NCBI RefSeq assembly: GCF_000022265.1
Contig: NC_011979.1
Location: 210,001 to 242,000, forward strand
DNA: 32,000 bases
Direction of reading: 5' to 3'
Source of the DNA: Geotalea daltonii FRC-32
Lineage (GTDB): Bacteria; Desulfobacterota; Desulfuromonadia; Geobacterales; Geobacteraceae
Of the stretch, positions 1 through 9,257 are shown piece after piece. The translations under genes were made by a program, and so were the position numbers. The notes below the pieces were generated by a model. The model saw only the letters and a program-made list of their open reading frames with translations. It had not been told where the DNA came from and did not search any database. Position 1 is the first letter of the stretch. Every line of letters starts with the position of its first letter.

Positions 1-223
1 CATCCTGGGCCGCCATCTCCTTTATATCGGCCCCGGCGATGAAGGCCTTTTCCAGGGCGCTGGTGATGATGACCACGGTAATATCTTCCATCTGCTCGGC
101 TTCGCTGAAGGCCTTGAACAGCTCCTGACCGAACACGCCGTTCAAGGGATTGGTGGGGGGACGGTTGAGGCTGATGGTGAGGACTCTGCCTTCCTGTTTG
201 AGGGTAATGAATTCGTAAGACAT
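1..223 (-). CDS. enoyl-CoA hydratase/isomerase (crotonase) family protein, N-terminal part; the 3' end runs off the window
   Basis: Reverse-strand ATG at 221-223 is preceded by GGAG. My translation is MSYEFITLKQEGRVLTISLNRPPTNPLNGVFGQELFKAFSEAEQMEDITVVIITSALEKAFIAGADIKEM, with the crotonase-type FIAGADIKEM segment. It is absent from the ORF track because the window edge truncates it. Confidence 0.8.
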   Translation of the reverse strand, partial: MSYEFITLKQEGRVLTISLNRPPTNPLNGVFGQELFKAFSEAEQMEDITVVIITSALEKAFIAGADIKEMAAQD

Positions 224-480
224 GGTATTGCTCCTGTAGCTAAGGATGGTTCCCTTAAGGGATTGAGGGGATTTGCCTCTAGTACGGCAGTCGTGGCATC
301 GTCCGTTCGTTCTGTCGCCACAGCTGCGGACCTTGCGGTGCCGCCCGTGTAATTATGCACATTTTTGAAGTGGCATTTCCCCTTTGTTCAACATGCGGCG
401 GGTGTCCGCTCGCCGCTGTGGCTCGTCACTCACTCCCGATGCCACGACTGCCTGCTCCAACAGTGTGCCTGGTAATCCTG

Positions 481-1671
481 TCAGCTTACCTTCAGCACAA
501 CCGATGCAGCGGTATCCCCGGCGGCGCAGCCGGAGAAAAGGAGATACCCTCCACCCTTGACGGCCAGTTCCTCGATCCCTTCGATCATCAGCCTGGCGCC
601 GGTGGGGGCCTGGGGATGACCGTAGATGAGGGATGAGCCGTAGTTGTTCATGGTGTTCACATCCATGCCCAGCTCTTTGGCCATGGCCAGGTCGTTGGCG
701 GCAAAGGGGTTATGGGTTTTTACCGCCTTGATGTCGCTGACCTTGATTCCGGCCTTGTCCAGGGCCATCTGGGCCGATGGGGCTACGGCTGCCGCCATGT
801 GCGCCTTCTTGGTGCGGGCAAAGCCGAAGGAGACAATCTGGATTTCCAGGCTGGGGTTGGCGCTCAGCTCCTTTGCCTTCTCCCGGGTGGTGACGCTGAT
901 GCCGCAGTTGCCGTCGGCGGGGAAGGTCTGGGCGCCGAAGGTGAGGACGCCGTCGGGAAGAACCGGTTTCAGTCCGGCCAGCCCCTCTTTGGTGGTGGCC
1001 ATTACCCCTTCGTCCGCTTCCAGGGTAATGGTCTTCTTTTTCGAGATCTGGACTTCCACCGGGAACATGTAGCGTTTCTGGAACTCCCGGTCGCCGGCCA
1101 GGGCCTGCTGGTATTGTTCATAACGCCGCAGCGTCAGCTCGTCGCACTGCTCGCGGGTGATGCCGAATTCTTTAGCCACATTCTCGGCGGTGCGGATCAT
1201 GGCTTCACCGGCCCATGGGTCTTTGTTCACATTGTCCATGAACCAGTCTTCGGCGATGGGCTTGCCGCCGGGGCCGGCGGGGTTCGGCCAGACGGCATGG
1301 GGTCCATTGGAACAGCGGTCAGCCATAAGGCACCAGCTGTTGTCGAACATGCCGGTTTCGACGCCCATTCCTGCCTGGTAGAGGGAAAAAGCGGAGGTTG
1401 AGCAGGCCTGGGTGATGAGTACGCCGGGAGAGCTTTCTGCCCCCATCATCGCCGCAGCCCACGGTCCGCTGTAGAACCACTGCTGCTGATAGACGGTGCT
1501 GCCGACCAGGACATATTCAATAGTCTTCGGGTCCCACCCCTTGCTCTCGAAAAACCTTTTGGAGGTGGCAGCGCCAAGAATGATGGAATGCTCGTTGGCC
1601 AGGGTCCCCTGCCACTTGGCGAAGGGGGTGCTGTAGTAGCCGCGGTAGGGGATGTAGGCTTTGGTTAACAT
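481..1671 (-). CDS. thiolase family protein (acetyl-CoA C-acyl/acetyltransferase-like)
   Basis: 396-aa ORF. Nucleophile-Cys context ITQACSTS, His context YGHPQAPTGARL and C-terminal Cys context FSGCAAGD match the thiolase fold. It sits between a crotonase and acetate/CoA genes on the same strand. Confidence 0.88.
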   Translation of the reverse strand: MLTKAYIPYRGYYSTPFAKWQGTLANEHSIILGAATSKRFFESKGWDPKTIEYVLVGSTVYQQQWFYSGPWAAAMMGAESSPGVLITQACSTSAFSLYQAGMGVETGMFDNSWCLMADRCSNGPHAVWPNPAGPGGKPIAEDWFMDNVNKDPWAGEAMIRTAENVAKEFGITREQCDELTLRRYEQYQQALAGDREFQKRYMFPVEVQISKKKTITLEADEGVMATTKEGLAGLKPVLPDGVLTFGAQTFPADGNCGISVTTREKAKELSANPSLEIQIVSFGFARTKKAHMAAAVAPSAQMALDKAGIKVSDIKAVKTHNPFAANDLAMAKELGMDVNTMNNYGSSLIYGHPQAPTGARLMIEGIEELAVKGGGYLLFSGCAAGDTAASVVLKVS

Positions 1672-1731
1672 GTGAATCTCCTTGCTGTTTGGAATAACTT
1701 CCCACTGATGGGGAAGCCGTCATGAATGGAG

Positions 1732-3687
1732 TTAATGGTCACTGGCGTCGGCCATGCCGTAACCTGTGTTCTGCCGGATATACAGTTCATCGAACATCTC
1801 CTCTTCCCGGCGACTGCCGAAGAGGAAGGTGCCGGCGATTGCGGCCAGGAAGCCGACCGGCACCGAGAGGATGGCCGGGTTCTTCAAGGGGAAGAGCGGT
1901 GCATCGAGACCGACCAGGGACTTGCCGTCCTTGTTCTTTTCATAGTCAGCCCGCGCTTTCACCAGAGCCTTCGAGTCCTTGTCGGCGAGCACCATCCCGG
2001 ATGCCTGTTTCTTCTCCAGCTGCTCGACGATTTTTTTCGCGTCGGCAGCGATCTTCTTCGGATAGGTCATGGTGGGAGAAACCAGGACGACGCCGATGGC
2101 AAAAATGGCGCCGACGCTGAGGCCGGTGACGATGCCCCCGGCATTGAAGCGCTTCCAGAAGAGGGCGAAGAGGATCACCGGGAAGTTGCTGGAGGCGACC
2201 ACGGCAAAGGCGAGCACCACCAGGTGGGCGATGTTTTGCTTTTCGCAGGCGATGCCCAGGACAATGGCAATGGCGCCGATGAAAAAGGCGGAGATCCTGG
2301 CAATCTTCATCTGTTCCCGCTGGTCGGGCTTGCCGTCCTTGAGGACATTGACGTAGAAGTCATGGGCGACGGCGGCGGAGACCGCCAGGATCAGCCCGGA
2401 AACCACGGCGATAATGGTGGAGAAGGCAACGGCACAGACGAAGGCGAGGAAAATGTCGCCGCCGAGGGTGCCTGCGCCGCCACCCACAAACTGGGCGATC
2501 ATCGGGGCTGCCATATTGCCCCCCTTATCGACGGCCGTGATCTGCTGGGGGGTAATGAATAACGCGGCGCCAAAACCGATCATCGTCACCATGATCATGA
2601 AGGCGCCGATGAGCACCATGGAGATGACGACGCTTTTGCGCGCTGCCTGGGCGTTGGGCACGGTAAAAAAGCGCATCATGATGTGGGGCAGCCCGGCAGC
2701 GCCGAGGGCGAAGGCTATGCCCAGCGATATCTGGTCCAGCGGGTCCTTGAGGATCAGTCCCGGCTCAAGGAAGCGCTGGCCGTAATCAAAACCTGGCTGG
2801 GGAGTGGCATGCTTAAGCAGTCCGCGGACATGCTCCTGAATGGCCGGGCTGGAAGCTACCGCATCATAGAAGGCGAAGAGATTGAAGCCGAATTTCCCCA
2901 GCATCAGCACCGTGATGGTGACGCCGCTCAGCACGAGGAGAAATGCCTTGATGATTTGCACCCAGGTGGTGGCCTTCATGCCGCCAAAGGTGACATAGAG
3001 GATCATCAGGGCACCGACGCCGATGACGGAGACACTGTAGGGGATGCCCAGCAGCAGCTGCATCAGTTTGCCGGCACCTACCATTTGCCCCAAAAGATAG
3101 AAGGTGGAGACCACCACCGCCGACAGGGCAGCCGTGCCGCGGACTACCTTTGAAGCAGAGCGCAGGGAGAGGATGTCTCCCAGGGTGTATTTGCCTGCAT
3201 TGCGGCATGGCTCGGCGATGACCAGCAGGATGGTGACAAAGGAGAAGAAGGGTCCCACCGCATACATGAAGCCGTCGGCGCCGAAAACGGAGGTGATGCC
3301 GGCGATGCCGAGGAAGGTGGCGGCCGAGAGGTAGTCGCCGGCGATGGCCCAGCCGTTCTGAAACCCGGAAATTCCACCGCCGGCAGCATAGTAGTCAGCG
3401 GTGGTCCTGGTGCTCTTTGCTGCCCGCACGACGATATAACCGGTAAAGAGGATGATTGCCACAAACATGGTCAGGGTAATGGCCTTGTTGGTCTTTACCT
3501 CGCTTGCCAGAGGGGCGGCGGTTCTGGTGGTGACCGGGTCCTTTGCGGAAGGGACGCCTGCTGCTGAAAGAGGGACAGGTCCGGCGCTTGTGGAAGCGGC
3601 TGCCTGTGCCGGTTCATGGGATGGCGCGGCGTAGCAGAGCGGAGCAATGGTCATGCACAGGATCAATGGAATCAATAAACGTTTCAT
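1732..3687 (-). CDS. actP: cation/acetate symporter, ActP-type (sodium:solute symporter family), with an N-terminal extension of ~90 aa
   Basis: 651-aa polytopic membrane ORF with an SSS/ActP-like core (GGGISGFQNGWAIAGDYLSAATFLG, LPHIMMRFFTV). Its start overlaps the stop of the upstream DUF485 gene by 4 nt, the classic yjcH-actP arrangement. Confidence 0.9.
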   Translation of the reverse strand: MKRLLIPLILCMTIAPLCYAAPSHEPAQAAASTSAGPVPLSAAGVPSAKDPVTTRTAAPLASEVKTNKAITLTMFVAIILFTGYIVVRAAKSTRTTADYYAAGGGISGFQNGWAIAGDYLSAATFLGIAGITSVFGADGFMYAVGPFFSFVTILLVIAEPCRNAGKYTLGDILSLRSASKVVRGTAALSAVVVSTFYLLGQMVGAGKLMQLLLGIPYSVSVIGVGALMILYVTFGGMKATTWVQIIKAFLLVLSGVTITVLMLGKFGFNLFAFYDAVASSPAIQEHVRGLLKHATPQPGFDYGQRFLEPGLILKDPLDQISLGIAFALGAAGLPHIMMRFFTVPNAQAARKSVVISMVLIGAFMIMVTMIGFGAALFITPQQITAVDKGGNMAAPMIAQFVGGGAGTLGGDIFLAFVCAVAFSTIIAVVSGLILAVSAAVAHDFYVNVLKDGKPDQREQMKIARISAFFIGAIAIVLGIACEKQNIAHLVVLAFAVVASSNFPVILFALFWKRFNAGGIVTGLSVGAIFAIGVVLVSPTMTYPKKIAADAKKIVEQLEKKQASGMVLADKDSKALVKARADYEKNKDGKSLVGLDAPLFPLKNPAILSVPVGFLAAIAGTFLFGSRREEEMFDELYIRQNTGYGMADASDH

Positions 3688-4007
3688 GCCTGACCTCCTC
3701 CGTTAATATCTGCCAGCACCTCTTTCGTCAGTGGATCGAAATAGGTGTTGGACCGGTGGGTATAGATGATGGCAATTGCCCAGGTCATGATAAATTCGAA
3801 GAGGCAGAAGAAGTAGGTCACATTAAGTCGACCCAGAAGCTTCACCTTCATGAAATCCGGCGCATAGCCGGCGCAGATGGGAAGCAGGTAGAACAAGATG
3901 GAGCCAATGCACCACAGGGTGAGGAGAAAGGATTTCTTTCTGCTGTGCAGCTCGATAAATTTCGGCATGTTTGCCAGTTTTGCCCAATCTTTGCCAATTG
4001 CTGTCAT
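3684..4007 (-). CDS. DUF485 (YjcH-like) small inner-membrane protein
   Basis: 107 aa with two predicted TM helices, immediately upstream of and translationally coupled to the ActP-type gene. Confidence 0.85.
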   Translation of the reverse strand: MTAIGKDWAKLANMPKFIELHSRKKSFLLTLWCIGSILFYLLPICAGYAPDFMKVKLLGRLNVTYFFCLFEFIMTWAIAIIYTHRSNTYFDPLTKEVLADINGGGQA

Positions 4008-4064
4008 GAATAACTCCTTCTCATAAATTCAGCCCATTACAGTATTGATTGCTTCTTTCTCTGG

Positions 4065-5642
4065 TCAGTCCCAGTTTTCCAGCTTCATGGTCCCTTTTTC
4101 CTCCAGGTTCCGGTACATCTTGAAAACCTTATGGAGCATGTGCGGCTCGTGGGCACTGTTACTGGCCAGGCATTCCTTCAGCGCGCGATGGAAATAGTCC
4201 TGCAAGAGCGGCTTGTATTCGGGATGGGCGCATTGATCGATGATCCTTAGCGCCCTTTCCCTTGGTGACAGGCCGCGCAGGTCGGCAAGACCCTGTTCGG
4301 TGACCAGGACGTCCATGTCGTGTTCGGTATGGTCCACATGGGTTACCATGGGCACCACACAGCTGATGCCGTGGAGGTCCGCCTGGGATGGACGAGTGGA
4401 AGGAGTGTGCATGATGGACAGGTAGGCATTGCGCATGAAGTCGCCGGAGCCGCCGACCCCGTTGAGCAGGCGCGAACCGTTGACGATGGAGGAATTGACG
4501 TGGGCGTAGATGTCGAACTCCACCGGGGTATTCATGGAAATGAGACCAAGGCGCCGTACCGGCTCGGCATGGTTGGTGATCTGGATGGGCCGCAGCAGAG
4601 TCCGCGATGTATATTTTTCCCAATTGGCCAGCAGGCGCTTGATGCCGTTGTCCGACAGGGAGAAGGAGGCGGTGGTCACGTAGTCGAGCTTTCCCGAATC
4701 GAACATGTCCAGCAGGTTGTCCTGAAAGACCTCGGTCCAGACATTGAGGTTCTCGAAGGGACTGGTAAGCAGCCCGCCGATGACGGCATTGGCGATGGAA
4801 CCGACGCCGGACTGGAGCGGCAGCAGATTTTTCGGCAGCCTCCCCTGCTTCACCTCGAACTGCAGGAAATCGATGATGTGGTTGGCGATGAGCACCGAAT
4901 TGCCGTCCGGGGCACCCAGGGGCCGTCCCACCGGATCTCTGTAAGACTCGACTATGGCCACGATCTTGTCGGGGTTGCAAGGAATGCTGGTGGTGCCGAT
5001 CCGGTCTTTTACACTGAGGATGTTGTAGACCTGCTTGTTTGGGGGAAGGGTGACGCCGACGCAGTCATGGAGCCCTTCCAGGGAAGGGATCTTGCTGTTG
5101 ATCTCGATTATGATCTTGTCTGCCCGCTCGACGATTTCGGCAATGATGCCGACCGCCAGGGTCGGCACGATGCTGCCGTCTTCGGTGATGCAGCTTGCCT
5201 CGATGATGCCGATGTCGATCTTGCCGCCGTTGTCCAGGGTGTAGTAACCATAGCCGAAATCCTGGGCATACATTGACAGGTAGCGGTCGCCGTAGGCGAT
5301 CTCGCCGGCGTTGATCGCCTTGCGGATAGCATTCCCCTGCTGGTGGGGCCAGCGGCGGCCCAGCATGCCCAGCTTGGCCCAGCGGTCATCCACGTCGGTG
5401 CCGATAGAGGCGCCGGTGTAGACGTTGAACTTCATTTTGCCGATACCATGTTTTTCCACATGGTCTGCCAGCAGTGCCGGAACGGTTTTCGGGTGTCCTT
5501 CGGCAAAGCCCGAAAATCCCAGATACATACCATCCTTGAAAAATTGGAGCGTATCTTCCGCCTCCATTATCTTGCCGAAAAGGGCAGGATTTCGAATTCG
5601 CTTCAAAAACTCGCTTTCCTGTTTAACCGCCAGTTGGTTCAT
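4065..5642 (-). CDS. acetyl-CoA hydrolase/transferase family protein (succinyl-CoA:acetate CoA-transferase-like)
   Basis: Long ORF 4065..5657. The second ATG (5642, MNQLAV...) has GGGAGAA 6-7 nt upstream, while the first ATG has no SD. The N-terminal and central sequences are typical of the AarC/Cat1/YgfH-type CoA-transferase family. Confidence 0.88.
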   Translation of the reverse strand: MNQLAVKQESEFLKRIRNPALFGKIMEAEDTLQFFKDGMYLGFSGFAEGHPKTVPALLADHVEKHGIGKMKFNVYTGASIGTDVDDRWAKLGMLGRRWPHQQGNAIRKAINAGEIAYGDRYLSMYAQDFGYGYYTLDNGGKIDIGIIEASCITEDGSIVPTLAVGIIAEIVERADKIIIEINSKIPSLEGLHDCVGVTLPPNKQVYNILSVKDRIGTTSIPCNPDKIVAIVESYRDPVGRPLGAPDGNSVLIANHIIDFLQFEVKQGRLPKNLLPLQSGVGSIANAVIGGLLTSPFENLNVWTEVFQDNLLDMFDSGKLDYVTTASFSLSDNGIKRLLANWEKYTSRTLLRPIQITNHAEPVRRLGLISMNTPVEFDIYAHVNSSIVNGSRLLNGVGGSGDFMRNAYLSIMHTPSTRPSQADLHGISCVVPMVTHVDHTEHDMDVLVTEQGLADLRGLSPRERALRIIDQCAHPEYKPLLQDYFHRALKECLASNSAHEPHMLHKVFKMYRNLEEKGTMKLENWD

Positions 5643-5700
5643 TTCTCGTTCTCCCATTTACAGGTGACATGGAATATTATCATTATACAAACACTGTTTT

Positions 5701-5716
5701 GCACAATGTATTCCAG
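5701..5716 (-). promoter_or_regulatory. candidate sigma-54 (-24/-12) promoter for the CoA-transferase/DUF485/ActP/thiolase gene string
   Basis: The reverse complement reads TGGAAT-ACATT-GTGCA, with GG and GC spaced exactly as in the consensus TGGCAC-N5-TTGCA. It lies ~45-60 nt upstream of the CoA-transferase start. A sigma-54 activator gene lies directly upstream. Confidence 0.55.
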
Positions 5717-5903
5717 CAAGGGGTTTTCTTGGGATAATGGCTATAAATGGTGTGATATTGGTGGGTTAGAAGATAAAATAATATTTTGTAAGGCAGGGGG
5801 GGTGGTATATCTACGAAATTTCGGATGATGGTGCAGACGGCAGAGGTCTTATCCCTATGACAACGGGAGGTAACTGTGCGAAAGACGGAAGAAAATCAGG
5901 CGG

Positions 5904-5930
5904 GTAAAAATAATCTCCGATATTTCGGAG
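5904..5930 (-). terminator. rho-independent terminator after the sigma-54 activator gene
   Basis: Hairpin CTCCGA-tatt-TCGGAG (5915-5930), followed on the minus strand by ATTATTTTTAC, 4 nt after the stop codon. Confidence 0.6.
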
Positions 5931-5933
5931 AGG

Positions 5934-7925
5934 TTACGATATTTCGGAGGATGACAGGCAGCGCTTGATACCCAGTTTTTTCATTCTCGATTCCAGGGTA
6001 GTCGGCTTGAGTCCCAGAAGTTCAGCGGCGCCGTTCTTGCCGCGGATGCGCCAGCCCGTTTTTTCCATGATGGAAAGGATGTGCAGCTGTTCCACCTCTT
6101 TAAGCAGTGCTGCCCTGGCTACAGTAGTCGGGGTACCGTCAGGAATATCAATCTCAAGGGTCGGGCCGTTGCTGAGGATCATGGCCCGTTCCACCATGTT
6201 GCGCAGTTCCCGGATATTACCCGGCCAGGTGTAATGCACCAGTGCATCCATGTTTTTTTTCGGCACCCGCTCGATGGTCTTGCCGAAAGCACCGGCAAAT
6301 TCCTTGACCATGGCCGAGACGAGCAAGGGAATATCCTCCTTGCGCTCCCGTAGCGGGGGGACCGAAATGGGGAAAACGTTCAGTCGATAGTAGAGATCCT
6401 CCCTGAATCGGCCTTCCTTGACTTCCCGGGCCAGGTCCCGGTTGGTGGCGGCAATGACGCGGGTATCGACGTCGATGGGCCTGGTGCTGCCAAGTCTTTC
6501 AAACTGCCCCTCCTGAAGAACTCTGAGAAGCTTTGACTGGAGATCAAGGGGCAGCTCTCCGATTTCATCCAGGAAAATGGTCGAGCCATTGGCGGCTTCA
6601 AAGCGTCCCACATGCCTTGCCGCGGCTCCCGTGTAAGCCCCTTTTTCATGGCCGAACAGTTCGGTTTCGATCAGGGTGGCCGGCAGGGCGGCGCAGTTCA
6701 CCTTGATCATGGAGCGTTCCCGGCGTCCGCTCAGGTTATGGATGGCGCGGGCCAGTAGTTCCTTTCCCGTACCGGTTTCCCCCAGGAGAAGAACGGTGGA
6801 GTCGGTATGGGCCACCTGTTGCAGTTGCCGCAGCACGCCGCGGATAGCCGTCGATTGGCCGATGATATCGTCCGGTTTGTACTCGATGTCGATCTGGTCG
6901 CGCAAATAGATATTTTCAGCTTCGAGCCGGTCCTTCAGGGTCTTGATTTCCGCCAGGGCGTGCTGAATCTTCTGATCCGCCCGTTTCCGCTCCAGGGCAT
7001 TGGCAAAAATCTCCCACAGGATGCGCAGGCGCTGAATGAGATCGTCGGGCCAGGCCCGGATGACGCTGTATGAGACAAAGGTGATGAATCCTTCGACCAC
7101 ACCGCCAACGCGGGAGGGAATGAACATGATCGAGCGGATGCCTCCCCGGTCACGGCAGTAGAGCTTCTCGCGCTGGAACGATTCGGGCAGTTCATCGCTA
7201 TCGGAAATCTTGAAGATTTCACCGGATTTGACCATGGAATTCCAGACGGGAACCATATCGGGCGGGAGAATGGGCAGGGGAGGCATGATGCCGGGGAGTT
7301 CATAGGAGTGGGTGCAGATCATTTCACCGGTGTCCGGATCGACCCGCCAGACAGTACTGCGGTCGAAACCGAGGAAGTCGACAATCTTCTGCAGTCCCTG
7401 GACGATCTTGCTGTCAACTTCACTGACCGGCACGTTGATAAAGGTTGTGGAAAGTGTCGAGAGAAGCGATTCGAATTGCAGCCGCTCAATCTGCGCTGCT
7501 TCTCTCAGTTTCTGCTCCGTAACGTCCAGTACGACAAGACTTACACCCAGCACTTCACCATCATCGGCGTTAAGGGGGTAGCAGCGGACCTGCCAGGTGT
7601 TGTTCATTGCCGTGTGGGCTGCGGCGGTGCTGTGTATGTCTACCGCCAGTTCGAAGAACGGCCTGTTGTCCCTCATGACGCGGAGCAGAATGGGCTCCAT
7701 GGCCAGGGCGATCTGCGGGTTTATATCTTCGATGCTTCTTCCGGCATGTTGCTCGACGGGCTTGCCATCAATCTTTGCCAGCTGCCCATTGACGTGTATG
7801 AAGTGCAGGTCCCTGTCAAGGACGGCAAAACCGAACTGCAAATCGGCAAACAAATCTTCAAGCTCCCTGAATTTTTCCAGAAAGAAATCAGATGAGCTCT
7901 TCATTCGTCGGCCTTTCATTTGCAT
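5934..7925 (-). CDS. sigma-54-dependent transcriptional activator (PAS + GAF sensor, AAA+ core, Fis-type HTH)
   Basis: Walker A GETGTGKE, the [13 protein letters not shown] (GAFTGA-type) sigma-54 contact loop, and the C-terminal [24 protein letters not shown]. The start is ambiguous (Met at 7925, 7919 or 7904). Confidence 0.9.
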   Translation of the reverse strand: MQMKGRRMKSSSDFFLEKFRELEDLFADLQFGFAVLDRDLHFIHVNGQLAKIDGKPVEQHAGRSIEDINPQIALAMEPILLRVMRDNRPFFELAVDIHSTAAAHTAMNNTWQVRCYPLNADDGEVLGVSLVVLDVTEQKLREAAQIERLQFESLLSTLSTTFINVPVSEVDSKIVQGLQKIVDFLGFDRSTVWRVDPDTGEMICTHSYELPGIMPPLPILPPDMVPVWNSMVKSGEIFKISDSDELPESFQREKLYCRDRGGIRSIMFIPSRVGGVVEGFITFVSYSVIRAWPDDLIQRLRILWEIFANALERKRADQKIQHALAEIKTLKDRLEAENIYLRDQIDIEYKPDDIIGQSTAIRGVLRQLQQVAHTDSTVLLLGETGTGKELLARAIHNLSGRRERSMIKVNCAALPATLIETELFGHEKGAYTGAAARHVGRFEAANGSTIFLDEIGELPLDLQSKLLRVLQEGQFERLGSTRPIDVDTRVIAATNRDLAREVKEGRFREDLYYRLNVFPISVPPLRERKEDIPLLVSAMVKEFAGAFGKTIERVPKKNMDALVHYTWPGNIRELRNMVERAMILSNGPTLEIDIPDGTPTTVARAALLKEVEQLHILSIMEKTGWRIRGKNGAAELLGLKPTTLESRMKKLGIKRCLSSSEIS

Positions 7926-8123
7926 GAGTGAACCAGTCCTTTGCGGATATATAAAGTTGTTCTACATCAAACATGGTGTTGGTCGTGCAATTTCAGCTTG
8001 TGCCATTTCCTGCATTATGATACCAGTTTATAAGAAAAGCAAACCGTTTTATATTTACTCCCTTGCCATCCGAGCGAGGAAGTCTTGTTGAAGCTGAAGC
8101 TGAATATCAGCATAGGACATACT

Positions 8124-9167
8124 ATGACAGAGCAACATGTTGCCGTTTCATCACCGGCGCCCCTGACATTTCCCTATGACGCCCCCCAGTCCAAGGCAGA
8201 GCTGGTTGATATCAGCCCGGAAATCAAGTGGCTTCGCATGCCCATGCCCTATGCCCTCGATCACGTGAATATCTACCTGCTGCAGGTTGGGGGAGGGTGG
8301 CTGATAATAGATACCGGCCTCGATTCGACTGAGGCACGGGAAATATGGGAGGAGGTATTTTCCGGGCCGCTGCGCGGTGAGAAGGTGGTGGGCGTTTACT
8401 GCACCCACTATCATGTGGACCATCTCGGGCTGGCAGGTTACCTGACGGAGCGGTGGAGGGTGCCGCTGTTCACCACCTACGAGGAATACTTCACTCTGCG
8501 CGGCTGGCCTGACCTGGTAACGGTGCCCTGGCAGCACGCGGAATTCTTCCAAAGAGCCGGCTTCCCACAGGAACGGCTGCAGGAGACACTGGTGATGTTC
8601 CAGTTTTTTCCCGAGATATCACCGATGCCGCCGTCCTTTATCCGTTTGCAGGAGGGAAGCATTCTTCCCATTGGCAAGGACTGGCGGGTCATTATCGGCC
8701 GGGGGCATTCACCTGAACATGCCTTGCTGTTCTCTGGGGATCGTGGAGTCCTTATATCCGGCGATCAGCTCCTGCCCACCATCACCACCAATGTATCGGT
8801 CAGCGTCATGAACCCGGAGGACGACCCGCTCAGCCACTGGCTTGTTTCCCTCGACCGTCTCGCTGAGATTCCCGACGAGGTCCTGGTGCTCCCCGGTCAC
8901 GGGCTCCCCTTCCGCGGGGCGAGGAAGCGGGTTGCGGAGTTGCAGAGCCACCATCAGCGAAGGTTCCAGGTGATACGGGATGCCTGTTTCGACAGGGAGC
9001 TGTCTGCCTATGAGCTCGTGCAGGTCATGTATCCCGCCCCTCTTTCCGATTTTGATCTGCAACTGGCGCTGGGGGAATGTCTTGCCCATGTGCGCTACCA
9101 GATTGCCAGCGGGGGATTGACGCTGAGGCTCGATGAGAGCGGGGTCAACCGTTACAGAACAGTTTGA
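8124..9167 (+). CDS. MBL-fold metallo-hydrolase
   Basis: HxHxDH motif (THYHVDHLG) plus downstream His/Asp ligand contexts. The ORF track begins at TTG 8085; I prefer ATG 8124 (MTEQHV...). Confidence 0.8.
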   Translation: MTEQHVAVSSPAPLTFPYDAPQSKAELVDISPEIKWLRMPMPYALDHVNIYLLQVGGGWLIIDTGLDSTEAREIWEEVFSGPLRGEKVVGVYCTHYHVDHLGLAGYLTERWRVPLFTTYEEYFTLRGWPDLVTVPWQHAEFFQRAGFPQERLQETLVMFQFFPEISPMPPSFIRLQEGSILPIGKDWRVIIGRGHSPEHALLFSGDRGVLISGDQLLPTITTNVSVSVMNPEDDPLSHWLVSLDRLAEIPDEVLVLPGHGLPFRGARKRVAELQSHHQRRFQVIRDACFDRELSAYELVQVMYPAPLSDFDLQLALGECLAHVRYQIASGGLTLRLDESGVNRYRTV

Positions 9168-9180
9168 TAGGAGCAGTTTG

Positions 9181-9209
9181 TTGACAGTAAAAGGGTAAAA
9201 TGGTACTTT
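9181..9209 (+). promoter_or_regulatory. possible sigma-70 promoter upstream of the MoxR gene
   Basis: TTGACA (9181-9186), a 17-nt spacer, then TACTTT (9204-9209), ~50 nt upstream of ATG 9258. Confidence 0.35.
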
Positions 9210-9257
9210 TTTACATATTTGAGAGGTACACTTAAATCACCTAAAGGAGAGATCGCT

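Noticed and set aside
712-1401. Long antisense or alternative-frame ORFs inside well-supported genes. Examples: 712-1401(+), 1726-2562(+), 4159-4980(-), 4320-5276(+), 7308-7895(+), 9573-10160(-), 10346-11305(-), 15422-15973(-), 22842-23435(-), 26014-26862(+), 30348-31136(+), 31176-31787(+).
   Set aside because: Each lies fully within a CDS with clear family signatures, on the opposite strand or in another frame. Their translations are Gly/Arg/Asp/His/Pro-rich low-complexity strings, typical of shadow ORFs in GC-rich DNA.
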